Positions 45,444-56,010 of a stretch of DNA of 64,000 nt are shown one piece after another. The notes below the pieces were generated by a model that had not been told where the DNA came from, made no database searches, and saw only the letters and a program-made list of their open reading frames with translations. The translations under genes were made by a program, and so were the position numbers. The DNA is taken from IMG/VR virus record IMGVR_UViG_3300043399_000524, positions 32,001 to 96,000 of that record; one strand, 5' to 3'. The DNA comes from a virus. Position 1 is the first letter of the stretch, and every line of letters starts with the position of its first letter.

Positions 45444-47456
45444 ATGAGTGAGAAAAAAGTTTATCAGATTGGATGTTATACTGAAGCCGGCTGGGATATA
45501 GTTCATGAATTACTAACTAGAGATGGAACATTAGAAGATAATATTCCTCCTAGGAGTGTTGAATTAGTAGACTATAAAGAGCATAGTCCAACTAGATCAA
45601 CTTATCTTTTGTCTGATGAAGAAGCCGAAGAATTAAAAAAACGTCCTGAAATTAAATTTGTCAATATAGATTATACTAGCTACGGAGATCAATACAAACC
45701 ACCGGCAAAAGATTTGTATTGCGACTATAGATATTCATCTAATGTAAAGTCTTATAGAAATTTTTATTCTCCCAATCAATTGCCTGCATCTCCGACTTCG
45801 GCAGACTTGAACAGAAATGGGTATCAATTATATAGGTGTACACAAAAATTAAATCCATGGGCGGGTGTAAGTGACACTACAGTTTTTAATGATAGAATAC
45901 AAAAAACCGGTACTGGTCTAGGAGTAGATGTTATAGTAAGTGATGACGGGTGTTGGTTTGGTCACTCTGAATTTCAAAACAATACAGGATCTGGTCCTAC
46001 TGATTATATAGGTGGTAATGTATTGCCCGGAAACGGTACATGTGATTTGTTAGATTTATATCTGGACAGTCCTTATTATATTGACCCAGACTGGTTCAAC
46101 GCAGATCCTGCAACTAGGCTAATTACAAGATGGGATGGAACCATTGTTCCAGTTGAGCAAGTCGCTAGAGATTGGTGGAGTAATCCCACAAAAAGGTCAG
46201 CCAAATTTGCAGGAATAGGAACTGTTCCGGAGCGCACTGCATATACAAGAGATACTTGTAATGGATCTAACACATTTAAACTGGGGATATTTGCTCAAGG
46301 AACACATGGAACACCGTGTAGTTCTTTAGCATATGGTAGAACACTAGGATGGGCATATAATGCCAATAAATGGGCTGTCAATATTCTTGGTTTAAACTCT
46401 ATATCAGAAGAATCATATTTTGATATGATGAAAATATTTCATCAAAATAAACCAATAAACCCTTCTTATGGAAATAAAAACCCTACAATAAGTTCTAATA
46501 GTTGGGGATACAGATATGCAATAAGTACGTTTAGTTCATTTAATACTTATTACTATCGTGTAGGAACTACTGGTTCGGGAGGGATTAATAAACCCACTCT
46601 CCCTGGTTTTTTATATTATTTAGGTTATTTTGATAATTCAAGAATTTCTAGTGAAATGCTAGATAACTCAATTAGTGAAGCTGGAAAAGAAATGATAGAT
46701 TCCGGGGTTATTTTTGTCGCGGCAGCCGGCAACAATAATCAAAAAATAGTAGGATCAAATCATCCTGATTACAATAATTATTGGGCAAATAATCAGAATG
46801 TACCTCTAGCAAATGCAACCTACACTGATTACTATGATAGGGTATATTACCAAACATCAAGCCGCCGCGGTTATCCTACCCAGTTAGGGAAATATACCAA
46901 TACAGGTTCGGTTGTATATCCTGTAATTGCAGTTGGCGCATTAGATGGACGTATGTACTCTCCTAATACAATAGAATATATAGCCAACTATAGTATGCGG
47001 GGCGAGTCAGTTGATTTATATGCTCCCGGAGATGGTGTTTTGGCTGCAAGTACGTGGCAGGCAGATTCTGGCTATACACAATATAATAGGGCAGATACGT
47101 ATCCTGGTGCTAATTTTACATTTCAGGATATATATTTTAATGGTACTAGCGCAGCATGTCCTGTCACAACAGGTTTAATTGCCACCGCATTACAATACAA
47201 TAGAAATTGGACTTGGCAAGATGTTAAAGCGTGGATAAACACATTAGAATTGCAGACTGAATCTGCTTTTTATCAAGGACCAGATCCCAATACTGCTGAA
47301 AGTCCAGACTGGAGTAGTTTTACTAGTCTAATGGGAGGCTCAAGACGTATATTATATAACAATGTCACAATACCCACGCCTCCGGTTGTAACTAATCTTC
47401 GTATAGCTGGATCAGGACTTCGACTTGGTGGTAATGGTTTAACAATCAGTTTGTAA
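45444..47456 (+). CDS. subtilisin-like S8 serine protease
   Basis: VIVSDDG (Asp), HGTPC (His), AAGNNN (oxyanion Asn), FNGTSAACP (Ser). Confidence 0.88.
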   Translation: MSEKKVYQIGCYTEAGWDIVHELLTRDGTLEDNIPPRSVELVDYKEHSPTRSTYLLSDEEAEELKKRPEIKFVNIDYTSYGDQYKPPAKDLYCDYRYSSNVKSYRNFYSPNQLPASPTSADLNRNGYQLYRCTQKLNPWAGVSDTTVFNDRIQKTGTGLGVDVIVSDDGCWFGHSEFQNNTGSGPTDYIGGNVLPGNGTCDLLDLYLDSPYYIDPDWFNADPATRLITRWDGTIVPVEQVARDWWSNPTKRSAKFAGIGTVPERTAYTRDTCNGSNTFKLGIFAQGTHGTPCSSLAYGRTLGWAYNANKWAVNILGLNSISEESYFDMMKIFHQNKPINPSYGNKNPTISSNSWGYRYAISTFSSFNTYYYRVGTTGSGGINKPTLPGFLYYLGYFDNSRISSEMLDNSISEAGKEMIDSGVIFVAAAGNNNQKIVGSNHPDYNNYWANNQNVPLANATYTDYYDRVYYQTSSRRGYPTQLGKYTNTGSVVYPVIAVGALDGRMYSPNTIEYIANYSMRGESVDLYAPGDGVLAASTWQADSGYTQYNRADTYPGANFTFQDIYFNGTSAACPVTTGLIATALQYNRNWTWQDVKAWINTLELQTESAFYQGPDPNTAESPDWSSFTSLMGGSRRILYNNVTIPTPPVVTNLRIAGSGLRLGGNGLTISL

Positions 47457-47481
47457 TAAATACAATACAGGAATACAAAAA

Positions 47482-47769
47482 ATGGCGTCATACATATATA
47501 CCGCGACAGGCTCTAGTCAAAAATCAGCCGCAATTCAAACAGATAAGGTTAGAATCTCTACAACAACATCAGCTATAGCAATCGCCATTGGTGATGCCAA
47601 TGTAACTGCTAATTTGACAGCATGTGAAATAGTTCCATCTAACACGGTTCTTAACAGTGTTATTGTTGGGCAAAATAATTATATAGCATTTATTAATGTC
47701 GCAGGGACAGCAGGTGCTTTTAGTGTTACTGAATTAGGTGCTAATCATCCCGAAACTGGCACCGAATAA
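47482..47769 (+). CDS. small putative virion protein
   Basis: AATAAATA at 47455-47462, CAGGA SD. Confidence 0.6.
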   Translation: MASYIYTATGSSQKSAAIQTDKVRISTTTSAIAIAIGDANVTANLTACEIVPSNTVLNSVIVGQNNYIAFINVAGTAGAFSVTELGANHPETGTE

Positions 47770-47781
47770 TTGTCCATTTCT

Positions 47782-47880
47782 GATAAATATATAGTACGCT
47801 CTTAATTCTGAGAGTTTATGCGGTCCCCGCCGCGTAGTGGAATAGAACCCACATATCAACAAGGAGAAAACAAATGGGAC
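47782..47880 (+). ncRNA. candidate structured cis-regulatory RNA leader
   Basis: Late box then three hairpins; loop complementary to the start-codon region. Confidence 0.45.
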
Positions 47881-48890
47881 GTCCTTTAAAAATCGCTAAG
47901 GCTCAAGCAGTCTTAACAATCACAGATACAACAGCAGCAACAGATACAGTTACAGTATCTCAAGATATTTCAGCACCACCAACAGGTGTTGGCATTATTG
48001 CAGGTATGCCATTTGTAGTTGCATCAAACGTTGGTGGTCTAACAGCTAACACAACATATTGGGTTTTAGAAGTTATCGATGCTAATAATTTCACAGTTTC
48101 AGCAACTGATTTAAGTGCAAATAGAACTCGCACACCAGTATCATTGTCTGACACAACATCTCAAACAGTCTCCGCTTCCGTCGGTGTAGTTGACGCTTAT
48201 TTCAACAATCCAAACGGTGGCGCAGGTTTCCCAGCAACAAACGCTAACACATACAGTGTAGTTGGTGGTAATACAGCTATTATTGGTCCACAAGTACTAG
48301 CACGTGTTGCTATTGCACAAAATGGTGTAGGTACAATTACAGTAGCCGACGATAGTCCAAACATCACTGGTGTAGGTACAGACTTTGCTAACACGTTGAC
48401 AGATGGAACAGTAATTACAACAGCAGATGGCACATTATTAGGTTATGTAACTGATATCGCTAATGCTAACGCTACATTTGCTACGTTTGCAGCTAACAGC
48501 TTGTCTAATGCTACAAATGTGAGTTTCGTATTTGCTAACAATGAAGCAGGATTTATTGTTCGCCAAAAAGGTAAACAGAAATATCTAGTACAAGGTACAA
48601 CTTCAGGTTTAGTTGGCGCTTGCTTTACAGCTAACCTAGCTAATGCTGATTTATATCCAGGTACTATGAACATTGTTGGTACATATGCTAATGCTGCTAC
48701 AGAAAACGTACAGTCATTAAGCGATCACAATGCAGAATTGTTTACAGCAACCTCTGGCATAACAGCACTGCCAAACGAAACTGCAAACATCAATAATAGC
48801 TCACCAGCATACAGCACGTTCAACACTGCTTACGATGCTGATACATACGGTGGTCAACCATACCCAATCGTAACTATTTCTAATGCATAA
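47874..48890 (+). CDS. putative virion protein (MGRPLK...)
   Basis: AAGGAG SD; T/A/N-rich beta composition. Confidence 0.7.
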   Translation: MGRPLKIAKAQAVLTITDTTAATDTVTVSQDISAPPTGVGIIAGMPFVVASNVGGLTANTTYWVLEVIDANNFTVSATDLSANRTRTPVSLSDTTSQTVSASVGVVDAYFNNPNGGAGFPATNANTYSVVGGNTAIIGPQVLARVAIAQNGVGTITVADDSPNITGVGTDFANTLTDGTVITTADGTLLGYVTDIANANATFATFAANSLSNATNVSFVFANNEAGFIVRQKGKQKYLVQGTTSGLVGACFTANLANADLYPGTMNIVGTYANAATENVQSLSDHNAELFTATSGITALPNETANINNSSPAYSTFNTAYDADTYGGQPYPIVTISNA

Positions 48891-48892
48891 TT

Positions 48893-49204
48893 ATGCCAGC
48901 AGCAAAGACTATTAAAATGCCTAAGACAGAAACTGAGGTAGCAATCTTGCAAGTACAAGTTAAAAACATTGAAAATGATGTTTCTGAAATAAAATCAGAA
49001 ATAAAAGATGTTAAACAAGGCCTTGTGGAAAATATGGAAGAAACTAAAAAACTTCTTAGAGATATGAAGGATGCTAGTACCAATGCTCACAAGGCAATGT
49101 CTGAAAAAATCTCTGCGCTAGAAAAATGGCGATGGATGATGATGGGCGCTGGCGTAGTCATAGGATCTTTGGGATTCGATACGCTGGGAAAGCTGTTCAA
49201 ATAA
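48893..49204 (+). CDS. coiled-coil protein with C-terminal TM segment
   Basis: Heptad pattern then WRWMMMGAGVVIGSLGF. Confidence 0.65.
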   Translation: MPAAKTIKMPKTETEVAILQVQVKNIENDVSEIKSEIKDVKQGLVENMEETKKLLRDMKDASTNAHKAMSEKISALEKWRWMMMGAGVVIGSLGFDTLGKLFK

Positions 49205-49230
49205 AAAAGGACTCTTAGGAGTCCTTTTTT
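49203..49230. terminator. bidirectional terminator between convergent genes
   Basis: AAAAAAGGACTC-TTAG-GAGTCCTTTTTT. Confidence 0.88.
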
Positions 49231-49631
49231 GTTAAAGTCAATAATTTAGATTGTACAACATCAAAATTTACGGTGTTAAACAATCCAGGATGTAATGGTT
49301 TAGGATACTGATTATCACCTACCCAAGCATATCCGCAATGCTCATCATTTAGTATGGGCGTAAACTCTTTATCAACTTCACAAAAGAATGTATGATATGT
49401 GAATGAATGATTTACAAATTTTTGAATTGGAATTAATTTTGCTTTTTTGGGAAAGTACCCAATTTCTTCCATACACTCACGTTCAACACCTTCAATAAGT
49501 GTCTCACCTTCTTCAATCTTACCACCTGGTATACCCCAGTTACCGGGATTTTTGTGGTCAGTTCTCAACAGATATAGATACCTGTCTGTCTTTTTTGAAT
49601 AAAAGAAAACTCCTGCTGAAGTATTACTCAT
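49215..49631 (-). CDS. Nudix hydrolase
   Basis: GGKIEEGETLIEGVERECMEEIG Nudix box. Confidence 0.9.
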   Translation of the reverse strand: MSNTSAGVFFYSKKTDRYLYLLRTDHKNPGNWGIPGGKIEEGETLIEGVERECMEEIGYFPKKAKLIPIQKFVNHSFTYHTFFCEVDKEFTPILNDEHCGYAWVGDNQYPKPLHPGLFNTVNFDVVQSKLLTLTKKDS

Positions 49632-49648
49632 ATTATGATTTATCATAA

Positions 49649-51022
49649 TTAAATCACAATAGAATAATCTCCTTGGTCATACCAACCTTCGTATGATTTC
49701 ATCCAAACACCATCGGGTGTATAGCGATATTGAATACCTGTGGTTAGATTAGTTACGTATTCCACTGTGTCACAGGCTTGACTGTCAAAAGAAACGAACC
49801 ACTGGCCTGAGGTGGCATCATATTCAACAATGTCGTTAGCGTTAGCTATTAAATCACCCCACGCTACTGTAGAATCTCCCTCACTACCAATTGACTCTAC
49901 CAACAAGTATCGAACGCCATTGACAGGTCCTGGCAATCCTGCATTCGGCCCCGAGATTAGAGGGTTAATTACACTGTTTACTGGTCCAAGTGTATTTTGG
50001 GGAAGGGTATCTGGGTCAATATTATAGATTAGTAATCTATCATCAGTTGGATCTTGTACAATAGTACCAACAATATCTGTATCCATATATGGATTTTGCA
50101 GCCATATTTGACTAATACCCGGTCTGATGGTTCCGTATACATTCAATAATGATGACCAATATAAACTGGTATTAGGTGGGTTAGGATAATTTAAATCAAT
50201 GTTACTCACGAAGGGAGCATTATCCGCAGGTAATAATTGAAGTCTATTGCCCATCAATAATACTTTATAACCATAAGGCGTAATTTTTTGTCGAGTTCCT
50301 AACAACAAGTCATCATTTTGAATATCTTGTAATGCTGTTCCTTTGTAGATACTGGCGATAATTTTCTCAATGACACCCATCTTCTTGAGTTTAGCAGCAG
50401 TACTAATCCATATAGGCATGTAAAATTTCCAACTCATTACATCGATGGGGTTCGCAGTACCTTGTGGTATTGTTCTACTACTGAATGTTAATCCATCTTG
50501 ATATACAACTGACAACGAAGTCCAATCAATAAAGTTATCAGTAGATTGAATCTCCATACTAGGATTAAATAATGTTCCTAACTGTTCGATTAATTCTAGT
50601 TTTTGATTATAGTTTGTAGTCCAAAAATCAACTGTTACTCTTAATGTATATGGTACAGGCATCAGTCTTTCGACTGTAAATGCTTGACCTTGAACACTTT
50701 CATATTGCCCTGTATCTTCGTTGTATTTTCTTTGTCTAACGTTGATTCTATCAATATAAGTAGGATCTTGAGTTCTGCGCTGGTCATACTCTAGACCACT
50801 TATATAGTATGTAATCAAGGGTGCGCTAGGTAAATTACTTGCAGAGTTATTTGCTATTACTGTAGAGGCTTGACGACTTTGGTCACCGTACATTATAGGC
50901 ACTCGCACTAATATGTCGTTCCCATTAGGATCTTTGCCTTTAGTGACATACCAATTGCTAAAAATTTTTGCAAATTGAATTAAAAATCTGCGTATCTGAT
51001 TATCGTAAAAAAACTGTGCCAT
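49649..51022 (-). CDS. tail completion/sheath terminator (T4 gp15-like) with C-terminal extension
   Basis: FFYDNQIRRFLIQF..IFSN, VPIMYG, LPSAP, PVPY, EQL..LFNP. Confidence 0.75.
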   Translation of the reverse strand: MAQFFYDNQIRRFLIQFAKIFSNWYVTKGKDPNGNDILVRVPIMYGDQSRQASTVIANNSASNLPSAPLITYYISGLEYDQRRTQDPTYIDRINVRQRKYNEDTGQYESVQGQAFTVERLMPVPYTLRVTVDFWTTNYNQKLELIEQLGTLFNPSMEIQSTDNFIDWTSLSVVYQDGLTFSSRTIPQGTANPIDVMSWKFYMPIWISTAAKLKKMGVIEKIIASIYKGTALQDIQNDDLLLGTRQKITPYGYKVLLMGNRLQLLPADNAPFVSNIDLNYPNPPNTSLYWSSLLNVYGTIRPGISQIWLQNPYMDTDIVGTIVQDPTDDRLLIYNIDPDTLPQNTLGPVNSVINPLISGPNAGLPGPVNGVRYLLVESIGSEGDSTVAWGDLIANANDIVEYDATSGQWFVSFDSQACDTVEYVTNLTTGIQYRYTPDGVWMKSYEGWYDQGDYSIVI

Positions 51023-51023
51023 A

Positions 51024-52739
51024 TTATAAAATCGGTGGTAGTGGATCTGGAGCAATAGTCAATATTGATGACAATGGCTGAGATTGTGTTGTCGTTGTTC
51101 CATCAGTTAGAACGGTTACATTACTGTTATTTATGAAGCTAGATAGTTGTGATTGATCTCCATCCATCAATCCAGTATCTGTTCTTACATTTTCACTAAT
51201 TCTAACCCATATGACTCCGTCCCAACGATATAATATTTGCGGCAAATAGTCTATTCTTAGGAAATAATCTCCAACTTGTGGATTTTGTGGGAAGCTGATG
51301 CCTGCTCCGGTCGGGTAACCATTTGGAGCCTCTGATGTACCAGTCAAATAACCTGCACTATAACCGAAACTTCTTGGACTTGAACGTGCAATATATTGGA
51401 ATCTAGGATCACAATCCGCACGATAGTCCATTTCTTGAGTTATGTTACCAGTAAATCCCGGTGCTTCTGGGTTTTGATCTGCAAATGCGTATGTATTATC
51501 GGCAGTACCATATGGACCAGTTATGGTCATCATACTATCGACAGTCAATATAATATCATTTTCAACTGCGCCTGAACCCCCGTCTGTCATCATTGGGGCT
51601 ATTTCTTGGACTAAAAGCGAAGTTGTGATGTTTGTTTGACTGGAAGGTATTCCTGGAAATGCAGTGTCTAATATTTGATTCCATATTTTAGCTACTGTAG
51701 CAGCCGGTATTCTTAGATAAGGACTATCATTAACATATTTGGCATTGCTATAAATTTCAACTACCGGCGAAGGTGCACCGTCCTGTGCTGCACTCGTTAC
51801 AACGTTAACTGGTGGTGCAGGTTGATTTAATTTATCTGATAATAGATTATCCTCTTCATAGGGGCCGTATGTAGGAACAATATATAGGTTGCTCGTGTCA
51901 TAACCTGATTTAGGTAATAACCGTTTAGCCTCGTCGAGGTTAGCATTATTGATTTCAAGATTTTTATTATATGTAGACAATATATCTTTGAGATTTTGTT
52001 CTTCCGTTAATTTCCAATATGTTTCATTGGGTGGATTAATTCCTGCAGGCACTTCAATAATCGATTCGTAATTTTTATCACCGTAACTAATAATATAACC
52101 CGGTGGATATGTTTTATCTTTATCCCATAATCCTAAATAATTATCTTGATTAATGGGCTCTTGTAATATTTGACTGAATTCTTGACTATCAACCAATGGC
52201 TCACATTTAATGCGCCATAAATGAGGGAACCAAGTTTGACTAAAACCCTCGCTGGCAAAATTAGCATCAGTAATCTGGTAAAATCTTTTTAATGCTACTG
52301 GAATAGTTTCTCTTAATGGATTATAATCTAATAAATGGGGTAATTCTAATACATCACCGACCATTAACTTTCTACCAACAATATCAATCATATCATTATA
52401 ATGTACATTAATGAATATAATATCGTTGTTTAAAAATAATCCAAATTGACTTAAATCGAAATCTAAATTCTGCACATTATAATGTCCACGTAATCTATAT
52501 ACATTTGGATCATATGTCCTATCTCTATTTTCTAAAAATAGTAAATCCTGTATATTAGTAGGACTTAATGTAGCATATTCAGGTTGAGTATAATCTATGC
52601 TCTGACCTTGATTTGTTGGTCCTAAATACTTGTGAATATATAAATCCGTGCCGCCCACACGCAATTCTTCGGATATTGTTCTATCAAAGAAACGGTAATC
52701 GTTTTGTTTATTTGGGCGGTATAGTGACAATTTTGGCAT
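51024..52739 (-). CDS. neck/head completion protein (T4 gp14-like) with extension
   Basis: E..RVGG.D.YIH, LSQFGL, GDVLELP; adjacent to gp15-like gene. Confidence 0.6.
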   Translation of the reverse strand: MPKLSLYRPNKQNDYRFFDRTISEELRVGGTDLYIHKYLGPTNQGQSIDYTQPEYATLSPTNIQDLLFLENRDRTYDPNVYRLRGHYNVQNLDFDLSQFGLFLNNDIIFINVHYNDMIDIVGRKLMVGDVLELPHLLDYNPLRETIPVALKRFYQITDANFASEGFSQTWFPHLWRIKCEPLVDSQEFSQILQEPINQDNYLGLWDKDKTYPPGYIISYGDKNYESIIEVPAGINPPNETYWKLTEEQNLKDILSTYNKNLEINNANLDEAKRLLPKSGYDTSNLYIVPTYGPYEEDNLLSDKLNQPAPPVNVVTSAAQDGAPSPVVEIYSNAKYVNDSPYLRIPAATVAKIWNQILDTAFPGIPSSQTNITTSLLVQEIAPMMTDGGSGAVENDIILTVDSMMTITGPYGTADNTYAFADQNPEAPGFTGNITQEMDYRADCDPRFQYIARSSPRSFGYSAGYLTGTSEAPNGYPTGAGISFPQNPQVGDYFLRIDYLPQILYRWDGVIWVRISENVRTDTGLMDGDQSQLSSFINNSNVTVLTDGTTTTQSQPLSSILTIAPDPLPPIL

Positions 52740-52744
52740 ACATG

Positions 52745-52789
52745 TATTTATCGGAATAGGTTGACAATAAATATGGTCTATGTTATACT
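52745..52789. promoter_or_regulatory. back-to-back late (minus) and sigma70 early (plus) promoters
   Basis: TATTTATC 52745-52; TTGACA-N17-TATACT 52761-89. Confidence 0.8.
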
Positions 52790-52818
52790 AGCATTTAGTT
52801 GTAAATTTAGGAGAAACA

Positions 52819-54000
52819 ATGGCAACTCGTAAGCGTAATTCTGAGGATCACAGTCAAGTCAAAGCACTGAATCCCAAAAACCCTGATACAAAGTACATGG
52901 GTGATGAGCCACTATTTGTCATTCAACCTGATAGCGACCGTAGAACTTCTGCACTAAGTAATGCATTCTCTTGGTATAATTGGTTCTATACTAAAAAAGA
53001 CGCTAAAGAACTACTTTGTCAATACCTAGATTTCAGCAACCGCCAATCCGAGGCTAAAATTGTACGCCGTGTTGCTGATAGCGAAATCATTAACACATAT
53101 TGCTGGCTAGCTAGGATGAAGCTACGTGGTTTGGAACTTAATGAACACGAACTTAGTACCCTCGAAAACGAAATTTCACGACTTATTAAAGCTGTACACA
53201 AGCCTGAAGTCAAAGAAAGTATTACCTCTGTCACTAAGGAAGTAACAGAAGCACCTGCTCGTCCTAATATTCAGGACATTTTGCGTGAAAAAGCAAAAGA
53301 TGCGGCAGGTGAACTTGAAGGCGTTTTTGATGACTTTATTCTAACTGGCAAAGCAAGTTCAAAAACAATGGACGTTGTTGCACGATTTAATGTTATGCCA
53401 CAGCACATCGGTTTGATTACTGAAATTTGGAAGAAAAAACAAAACGAATTTACAGAACTTCAAGGTGGCCTTGATAAACAACTAAATGAAGGTTATAATT
53501 ATCTGACAAAAATTCAGGTTCGCAACATCTTAAAATTTATCGATCAGGTACTTTCTGACCTCAATGCATATATCTCTGTCAAGAAAGCAAGCAAGGCCCC
53601 GCGCAAACGTAAAGAGGTTCCTGTTGAAAAGATTGTCAGCAAACTCAAATACCTCAAGGCATTTAAAGATGCCGCAAGCAAACTTGACTTGGTTAGTATC
53701 AGCCCTGTAAAACTACACGGTGCAAGCGAATGCTATCTGTACGACACTACGAAACGCAAGTTGGTTTATTTGTGTGCTGATGAATATAGCAAAACTTTTA
53801 CAGTAAAGGGTACTAGTATTCTTGGTATTGACACAAGTAAAAGTCAGATCAAAACTTTACGGAAACCCGGAGATCAATTGGGTGCATTTTTGAAACTAGG
53901 TAAACCGGCCGGAAGAAAGTTTTTTGACGAAATTAAAGCAGCAGGTACTACACCTAATGGCAGAACGAATGAAAATATGATTATTCTTAAGGCTTGGTAA
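52819..54000 (+). CDS. hypothetical early protein
   Basis: sigma70 promoter and AGGAG SD. Confidence 0.75.
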   Translation: MATRKRNSEDHSQVKALNPKNPDTKYMGDEPLFVIQPDSDRRTSALSNAFSWYNWFYTKKDAKELLCQYLDFSNRQSEAKIVRRVADSEIINTYCWLARMKLRGLELNEHELSTLENEISRLIKAVHKPEVKESITSVTKEVTEAPARPNIQDILREKAKDAAGELEGVFDDFILTGKASSKTMDVVARFNVMPQHIGLITEIWKKKQNEFTELQGGLDKQLNEGYNYLTKIQVRNILKFIDQVLSDLNAYISVKKASKAPRKRKEVPVEKIVSKLKYLKAFKDAASKLDLVSISPVKLHGASECYLYDTTKRKLVYLCADEYSKTFTVKGTSILGIDTSKSQIKTLRKPGDQLGAFLKLGKPAGRKFFDEIKAAGTTPNGRTNENMIILKAW

Positions 54001-54021
54001 CATACTTGATATCTTCAAATT

Positions 54022-54053
54022 CTCTCCTTATTTGATAAATAAAGTAAGGAGAG
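54022..54053 (+). promoter_or_regulatory. SD-sequestering hairpin with late promoter in loop
   Basis: CTCTCCTTA / TAAGGAGAG stem, GATAAATA inside. Confidence 0.75.
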
Positions 54054-54059
54054 TTTTTT

Positions 54060-55157
54060 ATGGATGAAATTATTAATATTCTGAATAAGTGTTCTTTTAA
54101 AGGAAAATATGTTACTGTAATTAAACAGGCTAATTTATGGCATTTGATAGAAAATAGCGTTGGTACTGTAGAAGTGTCCGATCCAGAAAAAGTTTATTTG
54201 TATCTTAACCCTCTTGCGGAAATAACCTGTTCATCCGGTAATAAAAGGAAGTTCAAAGGTGTCCGAATCGGGTACAACTTATATTGTGAAAATAAAAAAT
54301 GCGATATTTGTAATACAAAGAAAAAGCAGGCAGTTAAACAAGGTGTATTTGAAAAATATGGAGTAGACAATGTAGGAAAACTACAATCAGCGATTATTAG
54401 TAGAGATAAATTTTGGAATGACAAATCTGCCATCGAAGATGCTAATAGTAAAAGAAAACAAACTAATTTGACAAAATATGGATGCGAGAATGTTTTTCAG
54501 AATGAAAAAATTAAAGAAAATATTAAAAACCTATTCATAGAACGATACGGAGTAGAAAATCCGTCACAATCAGAAATTATTAAGGAAAAAAAGAAAAATA
54601 CTTTGACCGAGAATTACGGAGTTCCTTTTGGGCTACAATCACCTATAATCAAAGAAAAAATAAAGACTACGAATACTCGTAAATATGGCGTTCCGCATAT
54701 TATGCAGGTTAACGAAATAAAAAATAAAATGATTGCAACCAAAATAGCAAAGGGCTCTTTTGGAAAAAGTAATTCTTCAATAGAGGCTACTACCTACTTC
54801 AAAAACTATATAAAGACAAAGGGATACAATCTATCACAGGTAGCGTTTAATGATCCTAAAAATGGATTGTATGAATGGGGATTCAGGTTCGATAGATGGT
54901 ACTTGTTTGATTTTGTTGCTTTTGAATTAGGTCATAGAGGAGACTATAAAAAAATTATAGAAATAATAGAATATCACGGACCATTCCACTATACAGAATC
55001 CGATGTGATGATTAGGGGATCTGAAAAAGCCTATCCATGGAAATCTAATAATACTACAATTTTAGAATCTTACCAAAGAGATATACAAAAACAGGAATAT
55101 GCTGTAAAATATCTTACTACAAACTACAATGTTATATGGAGCGAAAATGACAAGTAA
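54060..55157 (+). mobile_element. putative free-standing homing endonuclease (KYG repeats plus C-terminal PD-(D/E)XK-like domain)
   Basis: EKYGVDNV, TKYGCENV, ERYGVENP, ENYGVPF, RKYGVPH; FDF...IEYHGPFH. Confidence 0.7.
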
Positions 55158-55566
55158 TGAAAATCAAGTAAACATGAAAAAGTATCTTAATTTTGTTGAT
55201 ACTTTGACCTCTAATCCAAGTAAAGAACACGAATTATATTTGAAAAGGTTGAATGAGCTAAAAATACAAGGATGTGATATCACTCGGTTAGATACCGCTA
55301 TTTCCGGGCTAATAGCTGAGTCAGGTGAGGCGATGGAAATCTTGAAAAAGATGAAATTTCAAGGGAAAGAGTGGTCAGAAGATATTAGGTACCATTTGAA
55401 AAGAGAAGCAGGCGATGTAATTTTTTATTGGATTAACCTTTGTATTGCACTTGGTTATGACCCCAACGATGTTATTGCTGAGAATGTAGGCAAACTTGAA
55501 GCACGATATCCGGGCGGACACTTTGACGCATTCTATAGCGAGAACCGAAAAGAAGGCGACCTGTAA
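55147..55566 (+). CDS. MazG-like nucleotide pyrophosphohydrolase
   Basis: ESGEAME..KK, REAGDV, N..KL..RYP. Confidence 0.85.
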   Translation: MTSNENQVNMKKYLNFVDTLTSNPSKEHELYLKRLNELKIQGCDITRLDTAISGLIAESGEAMEILKKMKFQGKEWSEDIRYHLKREAGDVIFYWINLCIALGYDPNDVIAENVGKLEARYPGGHFDAFYSENRKEGDL

Positions 55567-55567
55567 A

Positions 55568-55786
55568 ATGGCTCCTTGGGATGAAGAACTGTACTTGTTC
55601 ACTCCTGAGGAGTACGAACAGTTACCTGACGGTATTGAACTAACATCAATTAGTGGTGATTCCAAAATCAAGGGCAAAGATTACATTGACATGGATACAC
55701 GATTCGGGCACATCGCCTATGGCGTGAAAGATCCATGGAATCATGAACTCAAAGACTTGTTCTTGATTTTCAAAATCAAACAATGA
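55568..55786 (+). CDS. hypothetical protein
   Basis: ATG 55568 right after previous stop. Confidence 0.6.
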   Translation: MAPWDEELYLFTPEEYEQLPDGIELTSISGDSKIKGKDYIDMDTRFGHIAYGVKDPWNHELKDLFLIFKIKQ

Positions 55787-55977
55787 GATATGGATATACT
55801 CCCAGAAAGACAGTAGTACATCCCTGGGAGCGTTGGTTTGCGTGGTATCCTGTCAAAGTGCATGGAAAACGTACATGGTTAAAGATAGTATACCGTCGTT
55901 GTATTAATACCTATGTTGATATGGAGGACTGGGAACGATACGAATATGGAAATGTATTTGATTTGCTAAAGGACTGA
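55783..55977 (+). CDS. hypothetical protein, paralogue of 31470-31691
   Basis: PWERWFAWYPVKVHGKRTWLKIVYRR. Confidence 0.65.
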   Translation: MRYGYTPRKTVVHPWERWFAWYPVKVHGKRTWLKIVYRRCINTYVDMEDWERYEYGNVFDLLKD

Positions 55978-56010
55978 TTACCTGATAAATACATTATCAG
56001 GTAATCCATT

